From Amoebophrya sp. A120 (taxonomy: Eukaryota; Protista; Dinoflagellata): 64,000 nt of DNA. A model generated the notes under the pieces. It made no database searches. It saw only the letters and a list, made by a program, of their open reading frames with translations, and was not told the origin of the DNA. The number at the start of each line of letters is the position of its first letter. The stretch's first letter is position 1. Below, piece after piece: positions 25,701-39,157 of the stretch. The position numbers were made by a program, and so were the translations under genes. The stretch lies in contig CAJINV010000001.1 of the NCBI GenBank assembly GCA_905178155.1, forward strand, positions 9,945,359 through 10,009,358. Direction: 5' to 3'.

Positions 25701-26943
25701 TCGGCGCAGAGGCGGAACCACCGCAGGAGCCGCGTTTTGTCGCGGTTCTGTGTCTCTATCTCCTATACCCCGCGGTCACCTTTGAGCGCGTGTCGGAGCA
25801 AGCACACTCGGTGATCTTAGCAAGTGGAACTTTGTGCCCTGTGGAAAGCTTCTTTTCGGAGCTCGGGCAGGACTTCGCGGACAGACAGGTACAACGAACA
25901 GGTTTCTTTGGTTGATTTCAGTGGTTGGCAATAGGAAAAATCGCATAAAAGGAAGCAAATCGTTTGCATGCGTGTTCACGTTTTCGAATTACAACAAATT
26001 CCAAAAACAGGTCACTGGCAAGTTTCTTTCTCGCTGTCTGTCGCCGTTGGAAGCGGAGCACGTCATCGGGCCCGAACAGCTCCTCGTCCAGAAGATGTCG
26101 GTCGTGGGCAGTGGCAACCGGCTGCAGCGCTTCAGTTCCGATTACAACACGATCCGGAAAGCCGGGAACTGGAACGAACCGCTGCTGCGAGACCTCGGCC
26201 TGTCGCTCGTAAAGATGTGCAGCGACATCCCCGGCGGGGTGCTGATCTTCTTCCCTTCCTACACTTTTCTGAACAAGATTGCCGGATTTTGGCGATCCAA
26301 TTTCGGCCGGTGTCCGGAGCTGCAGAACCAAACCATCTGGGACGCGTTGGAGCAGACCAAGAAAAACATCGTCAAAGAGGAGAGTGCGCTGGACATCGAG
26401 GAACTCAAGGCCCAGTACTCCAACTATATCGAGCAGGACGGAGAAGCGCTCTTGCTGGGCGTGATGCGCGCGAAGTGCAGCGAGGGCATCAGCTTCAACG
26501 ACCACTACTGCCGTGCGGTGATTGTCGTGGGCTTGGCTTATCCCGCAAGGGAGGCGCCGGAGATCAAACACAAAATGCAGTACAACACGTGGTGGCGGAA
26601 AGCGGTGCAGCAGCAGCAGGCACTGAACGATAGAAACGCGGCAATGAAGGGCCAAGCTGCGCCGGCGAAACAAAACGTCCCCATCACGGGTGACGCGTGG
26701 TACGGACAGGAAGCCTTTCGCGCGATCAACCAAGCGCTGGGACGATGTGTGCGGCACAAGGACGACTACGGCTGTTTGATCCTGCTGGACGCGCGGTGGA
26801 GCGAAGGCTCTGGCAACGTGGCAAAGCTTGCGCAGTGGCTGCGCGCGATCGGGATCGAAGATGCAGTACCGCCAGACGACCTCCAGAAAAAGATAAAGGA
26901 TCACTTCAACCGAAACACATCCAAGAGACGGAAACTAAACTGA
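22799..26943 (+). CDS. Rad3/XPD-family Fe-S DEAH DNA helicase (FANCJ/RTEL1-like); exons 22799-25888 and 26011-26943
   Basis: LESPTGTGKT (Walker A), Fe-S cysteines (SREKIC, CPYF), ADIVVCPYNYILD, ILDEAHNIE, ILASGTL, LIFFPSY, SEGISF, AINQALGRCVRHKDDYG. Phase-0 GT-AG intron. Confidence 0.93.
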
Positions 26944-27558
26944 GGTTGAAGATCAATGATGCGCTTACTCCTAAAAGTAGTCGGGCATGAAAGAGGTCCT
27001 CATTTCCACTTCGCTGCCCTTCAGCAGCTGGTCATGAATTCACCGCAACAGTCGATCCGTTCCAGGGCGGTGGCAAGTTATTTCTGTCGCTTTGGGTTTG
27101 GGATTTTATCTACCCGCTGCTGCTCGGTGCAATCACTTACACACGAATGTGACCAAGCATAGAAGAAAACTTTTGCGAACCAACGGCGCTCCTTTTTGTT
27201 CTTTTCCTGGAGTTTCCATTGTCCGCCCCGAGACGAATTCAGAGTGATATGAGCGCAAAGCGTGGTACAGTTGCAGTTCTTGCAGCTTCTAATAAACGCG
27301 AGCGATATGGACACTTGAGAAGTTGTGATTTTATTCAAGAGACAGTATTTTTGCACGGAAAATTAAGTCTTGCGAAGATGGCTTTCTTTTTCAGGCGGCG
27401 GGACGATTTTTGGTGTCGTGCACGTCCCCTCTCTAGGATTGTGCCCGAAGGAGCAAATATCCATGACGCTGGGCGGGATAGACCTGCACCTCCGCTGCTC
27501 TCGTCGCAGCCGCGGTTGGCGTCGGAAAAAATGCGTCTTCGACACCGGAAAATTCCGC

Positions 27559-30500
27559 ATGCGTCTTCCGCTCGCCGTCGCAGCGGGCCATCTGGTTTTT
27601 GCGGTGGCGACAAACGTCCTTCAAAGCGACCGCGTGGTCGTGGAGCAGAGGCACAAGAAGAATCTACGCGCTCGCTCGCCCCCCGCGGCGAAGCGACACG
27701 CTTCCGCTCCAAGAACGCCGGAGTCCACACTCATGGAAACCCGGTCCGTTCCGAGCATCAGTTCGATTGCCGAGGATCCCAGCAGCCTGAAAGCCGCGGT
27801 AGCGGAGAGTGTCGACGACATTCTTACCGGCTTTTGCCGCGCGCACCTCGGCGCCTCGATGCCGTTCCGCAGGTATCGGGAGGAACTCACCGCGTTGAAT
27901 AACTACCGCAGTCAACAGGTTACATCTAGCCAGGACGATACTGCAGAGGTGACGGAGTACGAGCGCGCGCTGATGGAGGCCGCGGACCGGGCGCTTAGGA
28001 AGTTAGAAAAACTCCTCGTCGAGCAGAAGCGGGACATGCGCTTGGAAGTGGAGCTGGAGTGCGCGGACTGGCAGAAGCTGACGGAGCAGTTGAAGCTCGT
28101 GTTGCCCGACGAAGGCAGCATTCCCATGCTCGCGGACATGGTCGAACGAGGGTGCGCGTCGATGACGGAGGACTTTTTCCAGCCCTTCGACGCGGCGATG
28201 GCGCTCGAGGACAAAGCAGAGGGCGGACCGCTCCTGCTGGAGCGCTTAACCTTCGTCTGCCACTTGTCCGCCTACGACCGCTTTTGCGAGTACCAAGTAC
28301 TAAAGAGCTCATATTCTATTATCGGTTGATTTTTTTTGACTTTTTTTTTTCAAAAGTAATTTTCTCTTTTCTAGGCCTAATGGCGCGGTCTGAGCATGCT
28401 GAGGCGTGCCTGTGCGAAGCCTGCATCTCATCGAAACTGGCATTGACCACTCTGAACGAACGTACGATTTATTTCCAGGGACAGCCGCGAGGGCGTGGAA
28501 AAGGAAGCCGCGAAGGACCGTTGGCAGGTCCAAGCCAAGCAAGACTGGCGTAATTACTGCGCGCTGGCGGAGGAAACGGCGAACCCGGACGGGTGCTGCG
28601 GCGAAAACGCTTTCGAATTGAAAGGATCTTTGTTCCCGCCGGAAATCCCTTATTCCCTCGGGTACTGCGAAAGTGCCGGGCACGTGCTGGTGAACAACTT
28701 TCGCAAGACGGTGATGGACGCCAATCCCGCGGTCCTGGAGCAGTACTGCTCGACGCTGGTCGGCCACGACGAGCTGCTGGTTGCGCTGAAGCAACTCTTG
28801 CACCCAAAGAAGCAAGACCAACTCGCGGAGCGGGTGCTGCCCGTGACGGAAGAATTTTGCGAGGCGAACTTGGATCTGTACGACAAATATTGGCGGAACT
28901 ATCGGAAGCTTGTGGCAGCCGGGGTATCGCGGGAAGACGGGACGGGAGAGATTGATCCGACGAACGTCACCGCTTTGTCCGTAGAGTCGGAGTACAACGC
29001 GATGCTGAGCGCTGCCCGCGACTTGTATTCTGCGGTGCACCGCCAGCCGTCGGGAGATGACGAGTTTGGCGGGTTTCTCTCCACCATCAACGCAGTCTTG
29101 ACGGGCAGTGTCTACACAGAAGCGCAGCGGAACGCCACTTTGGAAGAGGCGCAGGTCCACTTGCAGGCCACGATCGACGCCTACGAAGCTATTCCCGAGT
29201 CTTCGTTACACGCAAAATCGCAAGCGGAAACCCTGGCGTGGGAAATGATACACACCTGCCCCACGCCCTGGCTAGAGGATGAAAGTACAAAAACAAATGC
29301 AACAGTGACTGAGACACAGGCCGACATGGCTGGAACAGCGACCTCAGTACGTGACCTCGAGGAGCCAGAGCAGCAGTGGACGATTGATGATCGGGTCAGG
29401 TGCGAACTATTGCCGGAAAAGTTTTCCGCCCTGCTACCCACAATCGTAACCGCTATGCAGAGTGCGGGTGCGACGACGAAGGGCTGGAGTTTGTGGACGC
29501 AAGCGAAAGCGGACCTGGGGCTCGCGGTGCCGCATTTCCAAGAAGACGTCAGACGAGTAATCGCGTTCAAGCTCACAGATGCGGAGCGCGACGCGATTCA
29601 CCGCTGGCCCGCGACCCCGCAAAAAATAGGTGCCGCTTTGCTTGCACAGCTCTTCGTGGGCTCGTGGTCCAACGGTCGAGTTTTGTCACCTGAGCAGCTA
29701 GAAGCCATAATAGCCGCGTCTGGCGCACCGCGGTCGTCGGGGTTGCCGCCGGAGCTGGTTAGCCAGATCCGCAACATGATGCTAACCAGCGACGAGGAGC
29801 TACCTGAAGAACTGCAGCAGCTGAGAGACGCGGACGAAGAGGGGCAAACCGCCGGCGTCACTGCGTTTCTGCAAAAAGCAATGCTAAACGCAAAAACGTC
29901 CACCGCAACGTCGACACACAACAGGCAGGTGTCAGAACTTTTATCAAAGACTTTACCGCAACTCAGCGACCTTGGCAGCAACGAAGAGCACCCGGAGTCC
30001 GCGGCGGTACTGCAAGGGTTACTCACCGCACTCGGGCACGGCGACGCTATCACAACGACCGCCAAACCGCCCGGGGACGAAGATCTTTTCGTGTCCAACA
30101 TCTCCCCGGAGGAGCTCGCTACCGGCAAAGGGGCCGGGCTTTCCTCGATGGTCGGCCAGTTCGTTGGCGTGCTGGCGAAGAACCCGGCGCTACTGACCGC
30201 GGACGGGACCACTTCCACGGAGGCCGGCGGTCTACTGCGCGACCCAGTGAGGCTGATGCGGTTTGCGCAGGAGTGGCAGGAATTGCAAGAGTCCGGGGAC
30301 GGCGCGAAGATGATGGAACTGCTCGGGACGCTGTGCATGGAAGTCCCCCTGTTGGTCGACGAAGTGATGGAGGCGAACGTGTGCCATCCCGGCGCCTCAG
30401 CCTCGGGAGACGCGGACAACATGTACCTGAAAGCGACCGATATGGCTTTGTTCGGCGACCTGTGCCACATCAATTCGCGCCGGAGTCTGTGCTCCGGGCG

Positions 30501-31908
30501 GGAAAACCTCCAGGAGAACTTCAGAGAGCACGCGGCGGCCACGCTGCTGCTCCAATCTTGGCTCCGGGAGCGGAAAACGGAAAGCAACAACGTCTGCGGC
30601 AGCATTGTCGGCGCGGCGGCGGTGAGCTGCCGAAAGATGCAAGGATACATAAACAACAAGCTCACCGAGAACTTGGCTTCTCTTCTCGTCGGCCAGAATG
30701 AGGACAAAGTGGAAGACTTCCAGGGAGCCCACGGTGCGAGCCCAGACACCATGATCGTCACCGCCGAACAGGAGGTCTTCAATCAGCGTCTGCTACGGGC
30801 CGAGCAGGTGTGGGCCGCCGTGTTTCCGGAGTTTAAAGAGGCATTTGGTCTGCCCGCCCCCGCGGATGAAGAAAGTCCCCTTGCTGCTCCAGCCCCTTTA
30901 GCCGTCTGGAGACAGGTGATCGCAAAGGCGTGCAGGGATTGGCAACTGACCAACGAAGAGTGGGTCGAACTCCGGCTGCGCGGGCCCGAAGAGTCCTTCC
31001 GCCAGCTTTTCTTGCGGTTAAACGAGGAGGACCAGAGGGTACTAAACGAGGACGTGGCTGCCTACAACCGGCTGACCTGGTGGGACACGCCTTTTTTTCC
31101 GCACGGGAAGGAAGATGTAGACAGGTGGTGTTCCGCCTACCACGCAGCAGACGGCGCACCAGCCTCCCACGCCCGGAAGTTGGGCCACGGCGCCGAAGCG
31201 CTGTTGAACAAGGCTGGAGCCATGGACGTGGTCGCGAGCTTCTGCAAAAGTTTGGCCGTGGAAGATGCTGGACAGGAGAGTATAGCAAGTTCAACATCGG
31301 TACAGTTTGTTGACGCTAGTACTTCCAACAATATGCGGAATGTTCATGTTGCTCGCGCCCTCGCTGCTGGAAAACGCGCGATCACGGTCTGCGAAGCGAC
31401 GCAGAGCAAGGGAGTGATGTTTGACTACTGCGAGGGCGTGCGGCTCGCGGCGACCGCCGTGTACACTGCCTTGGAGAAGGCAATTCAAACAGCCGAGGAA
31501 GAAGGCCGAACGTTTGAAGCGGACCAGTGGTGCCCGGACGTGAACAGCTTGGCCGGGTTTTGCCACGATTTGAATAACAAGTACGTGCCCGAGGCAGTGT
31601 CGCGGAGCTTCCGCAGCACGTGCTTCTCGCTCCACATCGATGATTGCTTGGCCAAGCGGAAGCACAAGCCGATGGCGGCCACGACCCTGGAAGGGCTGCA
31701 GGCTTCGCAGGAGGAGCTAGACGCCAGCATGGAAATCGCTCTGGAGTGCAAGCAGAGCTACCAGTTGCAGCAGTATTTGGAGCTGCTGACGCGAGACTTG
31801 GCCTGTCCAAACGTGGAAGCCATCGACTACGTTCTGGAAAGGGGGCTACGGCGGTACGCTAATGCGGCGCCAAGGCTCCCGGACAGCAAACAAGTGGCGA
31901 GGTATTAA
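27559..31908 (+). CDS. Large hypothetical secreted protein (~1390 aa); exons 27559-28289 and 28479-31908
   Basis: Signal-like MRLPLAVAAGHLVFAVA. The 319-aa and 1137-aa ORFs join through a phase-2 GT-AG intron (28290-28478). Helical, Cys-containing; no family recognised. Confidence 0.75.
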
Positions 31909-32118
31909 TGATTAATGTGAAGAAGGAAGCTGCTTTTACGATAATGAAAGTTTGAGGTAGGCATAGGCAACGCAGAAGCTTCAGAAAATCAACTCAACAG
32001 GCTCTGTTTCTCCTCCAAGTACGATCTGGAGCACAAAGACCTAGAGGCAAGCGAGGAACACCTTCTACAAGTCCGCAAGTTTGTGTACAATGCCAGCAGC
32101 CGAATTCTCTGGGCCGCC

Positions 32119-32776
32119 ATGGGTGGAAACGGTGGCGTGGATACGATTTTCTCGTGCGAATCGAAGTGGTGCTGGGTCGAGGCTTGGGGTCCGCGCGCCT
32201 TTCCGCCGAAGGGCTACAGCGGTAGGAGCCTGTGGAAGAAGACAGCGACGGTATTCCAACTTTTTTGACCGCTTTCGGTTTGTTGCTTTCGCAGCAGCGT
32301 ACTTTGTTTCGACGGCATGATCATTTAGGTCACCGACTTTTTCTCATCGTAGTTCTCAAACTACTCAACAGTACCTTCCCGCCGCGGAGCTGCACAAAAA
32401 GGCTGTGGAGGAATGGGGCGCGCTCGGTACTGATTATAACGAAGATAGAAATATGACGCACCGGCAGCATGAGACCGCACCGGTGGGCTGCTACGTCTGT
32501 GAGACCGGCGAGTTTCCGCTTGAGCCCTGGCACAAGGGGTGCTACCCGGGGATACCGTTTGGCATCTGGCAAGAGGGGGTGGAGAAAGCGGACTGCGTCG
32601 ACCCCTTGATGCCGGGGATATACGAGAAGCGGCATTTGGAAGGTGAAGCTAGAAATGTGAGCATGGGCTTCATAAACTCGAAAATCTACAACACCGGCGC
32701 TCTTTACTCAGGGCTTGTGCTCACGACTCTGGTCTTTATCATGACCGGGCTGTTTTTCGGCTGGATCTGCTGCTGA
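32119..32776 (+). CDS. Small Cys/Trp-rich protein with a C-terminal transmembrane helix; exons 32119-32250 and 32372-32776
   Basis: Phase-0 GT-AG join (KKTAT|YLPAAE); C-terminus LYSGLVLTTLVFIMTGLFFGWICC. Confidence 0.6.
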
Positions 32777-33139
32777 TCATCTTCTGCAGTGGCGGATTTA
32801 GCACACATGCATAGAGAAGTGTCAGTGGTGTGCGAAACCAAGCAGAGACAAAGGCATAAAGCGCTGACACTCACTTCGCACGGCAATCTTACTGTTCCAG
32901 CGCGGCGATCCAGTATTTTTTTGTAGAAAACTACATGTGCGAAAGCGCCTCGCGATCAACGCTAACTTCGTTCGCGCGACCATGCCACAGTTTCATCAAT
33001 CTGAACACCTTTACAGGTCTGCGAAGTGCAAAAATTTTACTTTTTTCGACGTGCTTTTTTGGGACCGTATTTTTGATCTTTTCCTGGTATTGACGCTCGA
33101 CTTTTCTCGCGTCTCAACAATGCTCATCGTGTATCAGAA

Positions 33140-34273
33140 ATGATAATCAACCATGATTTGAGGATAGTTTTCCTCCTCCCCGCACGCATCCTGATGGCGT
33201 TAGTGCTTTTGCCTGATCACATCTACCAGCTGCCGGTCGCCGTTCCGGCAAGGCTCCCGCCACTGCCGCCAAGCACGAGGGCAACCGTTGTACCAATTGA
33301 CCGCGAAACAGATTGCGGCGCGTTTAGAGGTTCCAAAAGTTGTCCTCTCGTGCTGGCATCTACACACAGCACCAGAAGTTGTTCCTCGAGCAGTAGCTCG
33401 ATTGCCCACTATCCGAGCACCGCGACGAGCCTGCCGCCAAGTTTGTCCCCAACATCTCCATCACCCGCAAACGTCGAGCCGACGTATGCTGAGCTTGAAG
33501 AAGAAGAATCTCCACAGGAACTGCAGCGCGCAGCGAGCGTGCTATCCGAGATCAATGGTATCGGGAAGAGAACAGCTGCCCGAAGGTTTTCATCTCGTGC
33601 TCCCGAAGTGCTATCTTCAGTCCGTGGCCAGAGATCCGCCGTCGGTTATGGAACAATGCAGCGGTCGAGCTCTACCCTGAACGGACGAATCTTTTGCGAA
33701 CCCCCGCAACCGCCACCGCAGCTTGGGATGCGCCGTACCCGATCGCAAATGCTCGCCGACCGGGTGAGCGACAGTTACCTCGTCGACGCGGCTTACCGGG
33801 GCCTGTTGTGGCTCGTAATGCCAAACCGTCCGCGGGCACCGACGCCCACTACCGTTGTAGCGGTGTCGGGTCCAAGGCGTAGCGCGAGCTCTGCGCAGAC
33901 CGTGCCGCCCGTATTCGGAAGCGTGGAGGAAGAAGAAGAAAAAGAAAGAGGCGTAGAAGAATACACGACGGAAGCTGAGATTCATGATGAAGAGGAGATG
34001 ATAGCTTCTGCGACACAGAGATTGCTTGCTAGCACTTCGAGTGGGAGTGACCATGCCCGGTGCTGCAGGTCTCAAAATTTCTCGGGTGCAGCGACGAGCA
34101 GTTCTTCTACAAGAAGCAATGACAAACACAGCTCTTGTGCTACTTTTTCAAGAACTACCAGCGGTACCAGACGTGAGCCTGCGAAACCGCGCAGGCACAA
34201 TTCAGCCAGTAGTAGCACAGACGTGTGGCGGGAGACGAGTTGTTGTGTAGATTACGAAGAAGAAGAAGTGTGA
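33140..34273 (+). CDS. Hypothetical S/P/R-rich, likely disordered protein
   Basis: 377-aa ORF on the same strand as its neighbours; start uncertain (33140 or 33194). Confidence 0.55.
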   Translation: MIINHDLRIVFLLPARILMALVLLPDHIYQLPVAVPARLPPLPPSTRATVVPIDRETDCGAFRGSKSCPLVLASTHSTRSCSSSSSSIAHYPSTATSLPPSLSPTSPSPANVEPTYAELEEEESPQELQRAASVLSEINGIGKRTAARRFSSRAPEVLSSVRGQRSAVGYGTMQRSSSTLNGRIFCEPPQPPPQLGMRRTRSQMLADRVSDSYLVDAAYRGLLWLVMPNRPRAPTPTTVVAVSGPRRSASSAQTVPPVFGSVEEEEEKERGVEEYTTEAEIHDEEEMIASATQRLLASTSSGSDHARCCRSQNFSGAATSSSSTRSNDKHSSCATFSRTTSGTRREPAKPRRHNSASSSTDVWRETSCCVDYEEEEV

Positions 34274-34973
34274 AACCGATAGAAGTAGGCTCGGGATGAT
34301 TCTTGTTTTCGTCGTGTGTAGACGGTACTATCCTCCAGCGTGGTCCACGTCCGCCCGGCGTTTCGATGGCAGGAGTGTACGGGTGTCTCTAGAACTAGCC
34401 CGCAGAAGCAATTGTGTCCATACCTTTTTCATAAATTTTCCGAATACTACAACTATCATCCAGGTCGTATCCTGCATGTGATGCATATCTTCGTGTCACT
34501 GTATTCATCCCAGTTTTAAAGATCTTCCCAGTGAGCGTGCGTGTCGATGCACGATCTCATGCGAATCGATTTTTTTATTTCAGAGTCTGTCTGATGCACT
34601 TTTTCTTCCGTTATGCCAGCTACTCCAACGGGATACGGATACGCCAAGCAAAGTCGCACTTACCTCGTCAGAAAATATGTAGGTGTTCGCTAATATCATG
34701 CGTGTCCAGAGAAACTCAAAAAGGTCGGTTATTGTCGGATAGAACAAAACCCGAACGCATGGTCAGTTGCTCCCATGTCGGTCGAATATGGATTGCAGTA
34801 GGTCGTGAGTCGTGCTGTGGTTCCAATCATTTAAATCGTATCCAATCGCCAGGTAAATAGTGCAACAGTTCGGCCTCACCAGCACAACAAAAATAGACCT
34901 CAATCCCTTACTTAGAAAGGAAAGAGACATTTGCAACTCCCGTTCTCCTTTTAATTCCTTGAACGTGTAACAA

Positions 34974-35705
34974 ATGTCGACTAGTCCAGGTCAGCTAAGT
35001 GTCGAAATACCTCAGCCATCGGGTTTTCACAACGCTAATGATAATTTATGTAGAGCTGCAGCTGCAAACTCACGTACCTCAAAGCCTCACCATCCCTCAC
35101 AAAATGCGCTGCTCCTCGCGTTGGCGGTTCTCAGCATTACCGTAGAATCCGCCGTGGCTCAGTACCTGACCGGGGCCAACGTTGCATACTGCCAAGTGGA
35201 TGCCCAGACCGGGCTGACGCAGAACAACCGGATATGCCTGCAGTCCTGCAACTTGATCGAGGGCACGCCACAGCCGACGTATGCGCAGTGGAACGCGTTT
35301 TGCCGCACGACTGCGAGCTCGGGCGATTGGCCGGAGCAGTGCAGGGATTACTATGAGTGCGTCCTGGGTTGCGATATTTCCGAAAGGCTGATCGGCCAGG
35401 GCACCACCGGTGGAAGCATCGGGCGGCAACTCATGCTCTTGCGGCCGGAGAACTTGAGCTCAGAAGACAAGTGCGAAATGAAAAAGTGCGAGAGTTATTG
35501 CATGTTCCAGACGCAGCTGACCTGCCGCGAGGAGTCTTTTCGCATCGACTGCGAGGGGTGGGCGTCGAGGCAGTTCAATCCGTGCGATGTGAATTGCAGT
35601 TTTGCGGCGAGCAGGTTTGGCGGTAGTTCAATGCTATTCTGCTTCGCGATTGTGTTGCTCAGTATTTTCGCACACAGAAGCAGCTTCTATCTACCGGCAA
35701 CTTGA
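34974..35705 (+). CDS. 14-Cys surface protein, GPI-anchor-like, paralog 1 (intronless)
   Basis: Signal-like LLLALAVLSITVESAVA. Cys pattern YC..CLQSC..FC..C..YECVLGC..C....C.SYC..TC..C..CDVNCS, then a hydrophobic tail. Confidence 0.8.
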   Translation: MSTSPGQLSVEIPQPSGFHNANDNLCRAAAANSRTSKPHHPSQNALLLALAVLSITVESAVAQYLTGANVAYCQVDAQTGLTQNNRICLQSCNLIEGTPQPTYAQWNAFCRTTASSGDWPEQCRDYYECVLGCDISERLIGQGTTGGSIGRQLMLLRPENLSSEDKCEMKKCESYCMFQTQLTCREESFRIDCEGWASRQFNPCDVNCSFAASRFGGSSMLFCFAIVLLSIFAHRSSFYLPAT

Positions 35706-36473
35706 AGATACTCAGCACTTGTTAAAAAAAGCGGTCGTGTACTTACACCGAGGACAAACATGCAACCCCATTCCTCCCCGATGAAGACAAACCCAGTATA
35801 TAGAATTCGTGAGTCCGTTTTCATTTGTTTCATCTTGAATGCATGCTCTAAACCACAAAATTATTTTGCGAAAGTAGGTTCTAGTTCCTCTACTTCTTCA
35901 ACGATTCCCTTGTACAATGAACCCACCTATGACCGATTGTTGAGTGTCCAGCCAGCCACAGAGTTAACTTTCAGCAAATTCTTTTCGAAAACCGATACTA
36001 AGCCACTCAAAGCCTGGTCGTGCGTTCGAAAACAGCCCTGTTCCATACCTTGCGGATCGATAGTTCTAAAGAGAGATGATGCTAGGAGTGCCTGCGGGAA
36101 ACTGAGTGCAAGGTCGTTTCGTTTGCCACACAAATGGTGCTTCGTCGTCGCTTAGCTTCTTCTGCTCAAGTGCTTCATTGATTCGTTCGTCATGTCCATA
36201 TTCAAATCCGGAATTAGCGAGAGAGCAACAGCTCGTTTTTGTGTATACTAGAAAACACCTAAGTGCATGAGAGGAATCAAGCGTTGCAAAAATTGCAAGC
36301 GCTCCCCCTCCACATTGTGCCCCTGCTACACGGATTTCGAGTGCGAGCAGTAGAAACGAATGGCCTTTCGGCAAACGCCCCCGCCAGATCTGAATCACAC
36401 GACAGCCGACCGGCGAACACTAGCCTGAGTTGTATCGGGAGATATTTTACAGAACGGATTCCTGCGGCGATAT

Positions 36474-39157
36474 ATGCGGGCATTCTGCTACACGGTAGCC
36501 TTCGCTGCGACTTCCGCTGACGGCCGGCCTAGTCACGCGGTCGTTCCGCCGTTGCCAAATGACGAGTTGACAAGCGGATTTAACAGCGCAGGAGCGCTGG
36601 TGAAAGATCCGATAAGGAGTTCCTCCTCCTCCAGCAGTAGCTCTTCAAAACACGAAAGCGACAACTTCGTCGAGCGGGTGCGTAAGCGGGCAGAGGCGAT
36701 AAACCTCCTGCGATATGGACAAAAATCGCTAGCGTCACCAGATCCGTTTATCGACAGGTAAGACGGAAATTATCAACAATTGTTACCACAGATGGACGGA
36801 AATGTGAAAAGCACGGCATAGCAGTGAAGAATGTTAAAGGAACCCACGTGCTGCGCCTGTGTCTGTGCAGGCTTCTGCCTTAGAATGAAAGGGCACCACT
36901 TGCAAAGAAAATGAAACCAACAACAATCAAACTACAGCCGGTCGCTGCAGGGAGTGCAATCGCAGTATTGTTTGATAACGGCGAATGTATGACGGCGATA
37001 AAATATTCATTTCAAAAATATTCACGGAGCCAAAAAAAAAATTTTTCGGCCAGTGGCCGCCCAGCCGGACCGGAGCGCGCCACGCCATGCGTGAGGCATT
37101 GCAGAGCGCTAACGCGCCTGCTATGCCCCGACGCAGGTACTGCCTGGAAGTCACTTGCTGGGCCCAATCGGTCGATGGCGCTCGAGAGTCAGATCCTTCA
37201 AACAAATAGGGGACGGCCTGCGTGCCGGCGACAGGCGCAGCCATCTTCCACAAGTGGCAGCTTGCCTAGCATTCAGGCGGCAGACCACGGTCTCAAAGCC
37301 TTGAAGAAGCTGCCATGGTGCGCTGCCTTGCCCCTGCAGGCGTTGCTCGAAACCGACTGGGCTCGAGCACATCCTGGTAGGTGGCGGCCATTAGAGCAGT
37401 TGCTCTAGACGGCCGCACTTTGCCGAGGCGCAAACCCCTGCAGGAGACGGGGTCGCCTGGCCTTTACCAGGATACTTCTGCTGGCCAAGCCTATAGAAAA
37501 GCTCGGCGACTTTGTGTGCTGCCAAAAGCCGCAAAGGTTGGAAGCAGAAAAGAAGCACTTTTTTGACGTCCTCAGAGGAGGTATGAATATTTTTACTTTT
37601 TGGGCTGGTCTGAATGGAGCATAGCAGTGGGATGCGCAAAAATATTCACCTCCCCAAAAAACGCCTCTTTTTCCCAGAAAGTGCGCACTTTTTTGACATT
37701 TTTCGCTGTCGGAAATTGCGCAGATGAATATTGGATAAATCAAGTGTGAGTAGCTTCCGCTAATAAAAACGGAAACGCAGTCTCGTCGTGATTCGAAAAT
37801 GAATATCCAGAAACAAAGCGGGCGAGAGGTGTCCGACTTGGTGCAAAACAGCCATTGCCGGCGCTGTGGCGCATTTCAGTTCAACCTTGGCCTTTACAGG
37901 AGTAGCGCTTGCGTCTGGGCGAAGTGGACCTTTCCAGATTCTGCAAAAAAAGTCGCGGGGTCTCCGCAAAGCGAGGGCGCCCAACCACCTAGCAAGCAAT
38001 CCGCAAGAGCGCGCGCCACATCATTTTCTTTAGAGGTGAACGAAGGAGCACACTTGAGGCGTAGGCCTTGATATATCTCGGCCCTGTAAGTCGCCAAACG
38101 CGTTTCGTGCGTTTTCTGGGCCAGGATTTCCACATGAAGCGCCTCAGCGAAGCTCTCGCGCGCGCATGTCGCGGAGTCTTTTTCCTAGGCGTTCAATAAT
38201 TGCGCAAAAAAAAATTTTTTTCGGCTCTGTGAATATTTTTGAAGTGAATACTTTCTCACTCTCATAGAATGGGCTGACGGATCATCTGCGGAACTGCCTG
38301 CAAACGTGCCACGTACTGGACAACACCATCGAGCCGCGGTTTACCCAGTTTGAATCGTATAGAAGTACACGTGGTTGTTTGTCAATCACATGAATCCAAG
38401 ATATGCAGGTAGCGCGTGATCGTACTAGCAGTAGCTGGCGCGAGATCGCGGAATCAAAAAGGTCGTAATCATGTAGTTGTCGCGACGAATTTTATTTCGG
38501 ATGCCACTCAGGTTCTGCGTCGAAGCTGCGGGGGACGTGATGTGGCCAGATGTGTGCTACAATTTCATGGAGTGCGTGTTGGGGTGCAAAATCACGAAGG
38601 AGATTACCAAGGACAAGTCGATTGAAATGGTAGAGAATGTGCTGGTTTATCATTCGCTCAGAATTGATGTCATGCGCATGCTGGTATGTTTTCGTGATTA
38701 GAAAGTGTGTGTGAAGTAGTGGTGGTGCACTACAATGCCAATCAAAATTGTCAATGCAGATCAAGACCGCCGATCGGCAGGACATGTTCGAAAAAATTGA
38801 CCCGGGCAATGTGGAAGCGGAACAGCGGTGCGACATGGAGAAATGCCGGTCCTATTGCGTGCGACAGCGATTGGGCACCTGTCACGAGATCGGGTACAGA
38901 TACGCTTTTACGTCTGAAGTAGAACCAACTTGGGTTTTATTGCGTTTCGTACTAATCAGCCGGGCCGGAGACGCATGAGCGTTCTGCCAGTAAGATAGCT
39001 GGCGCTTGAATTTTTGTACAGGTATATCTCCGCCTGTGAAGCCGCCCAGCGCGGGCAGTATCTTCCCTGCGATGTGGATTGCAGCTCGGCGCAGTCGCTG
39101 CAAGCGGGGTTTGCGACGCTTGCTGCCACGGTGCTGCTGTACCTGCTTTTCATCTAA
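36474..39157 (+). CDS. 14-Cys surface protein paralog 2; exons 36474-36757, 36938-36986, 38268-38356, 38512-38629, 38760-38893, 39022-39157
   Basis: Five phase-consistent GT-AG introns give QYCLITANNGLTDHLRNCLQTCHV...FCVEAAG...ECVLGC...CDMEKCRSYC...CHEIGYISAC...CDVDCSS plus a hydrophobic tail, collinear with paralog 1. Confidence 0.8.
36988..38266. mobile_element. 1279-bp non-autonomous TIR element forming an intron (introner)
   Basis: ~55-bp imperfect TIRs (tatgacggcgataaaatattcatttcaaaaatattcacggagcc versus the reverse complement of ggctctgtgaatatttttgaagtgaatactttctcactctcata). 5-bp TSD gaatg at 36983-36987 and 38267-38271. Intron 36987-38267 reads GT...AG. Confidence 0.9.

Noticed and set aside
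24857-30782. Long minus-strand ORFs (e.g. 24857-25561, 25918-26904, 28309-29160, 29598-30782)
   Set aside because: They overlap better-supported plus-strand genes, have no motifs, and are expected in GC3-rich coding DNA.
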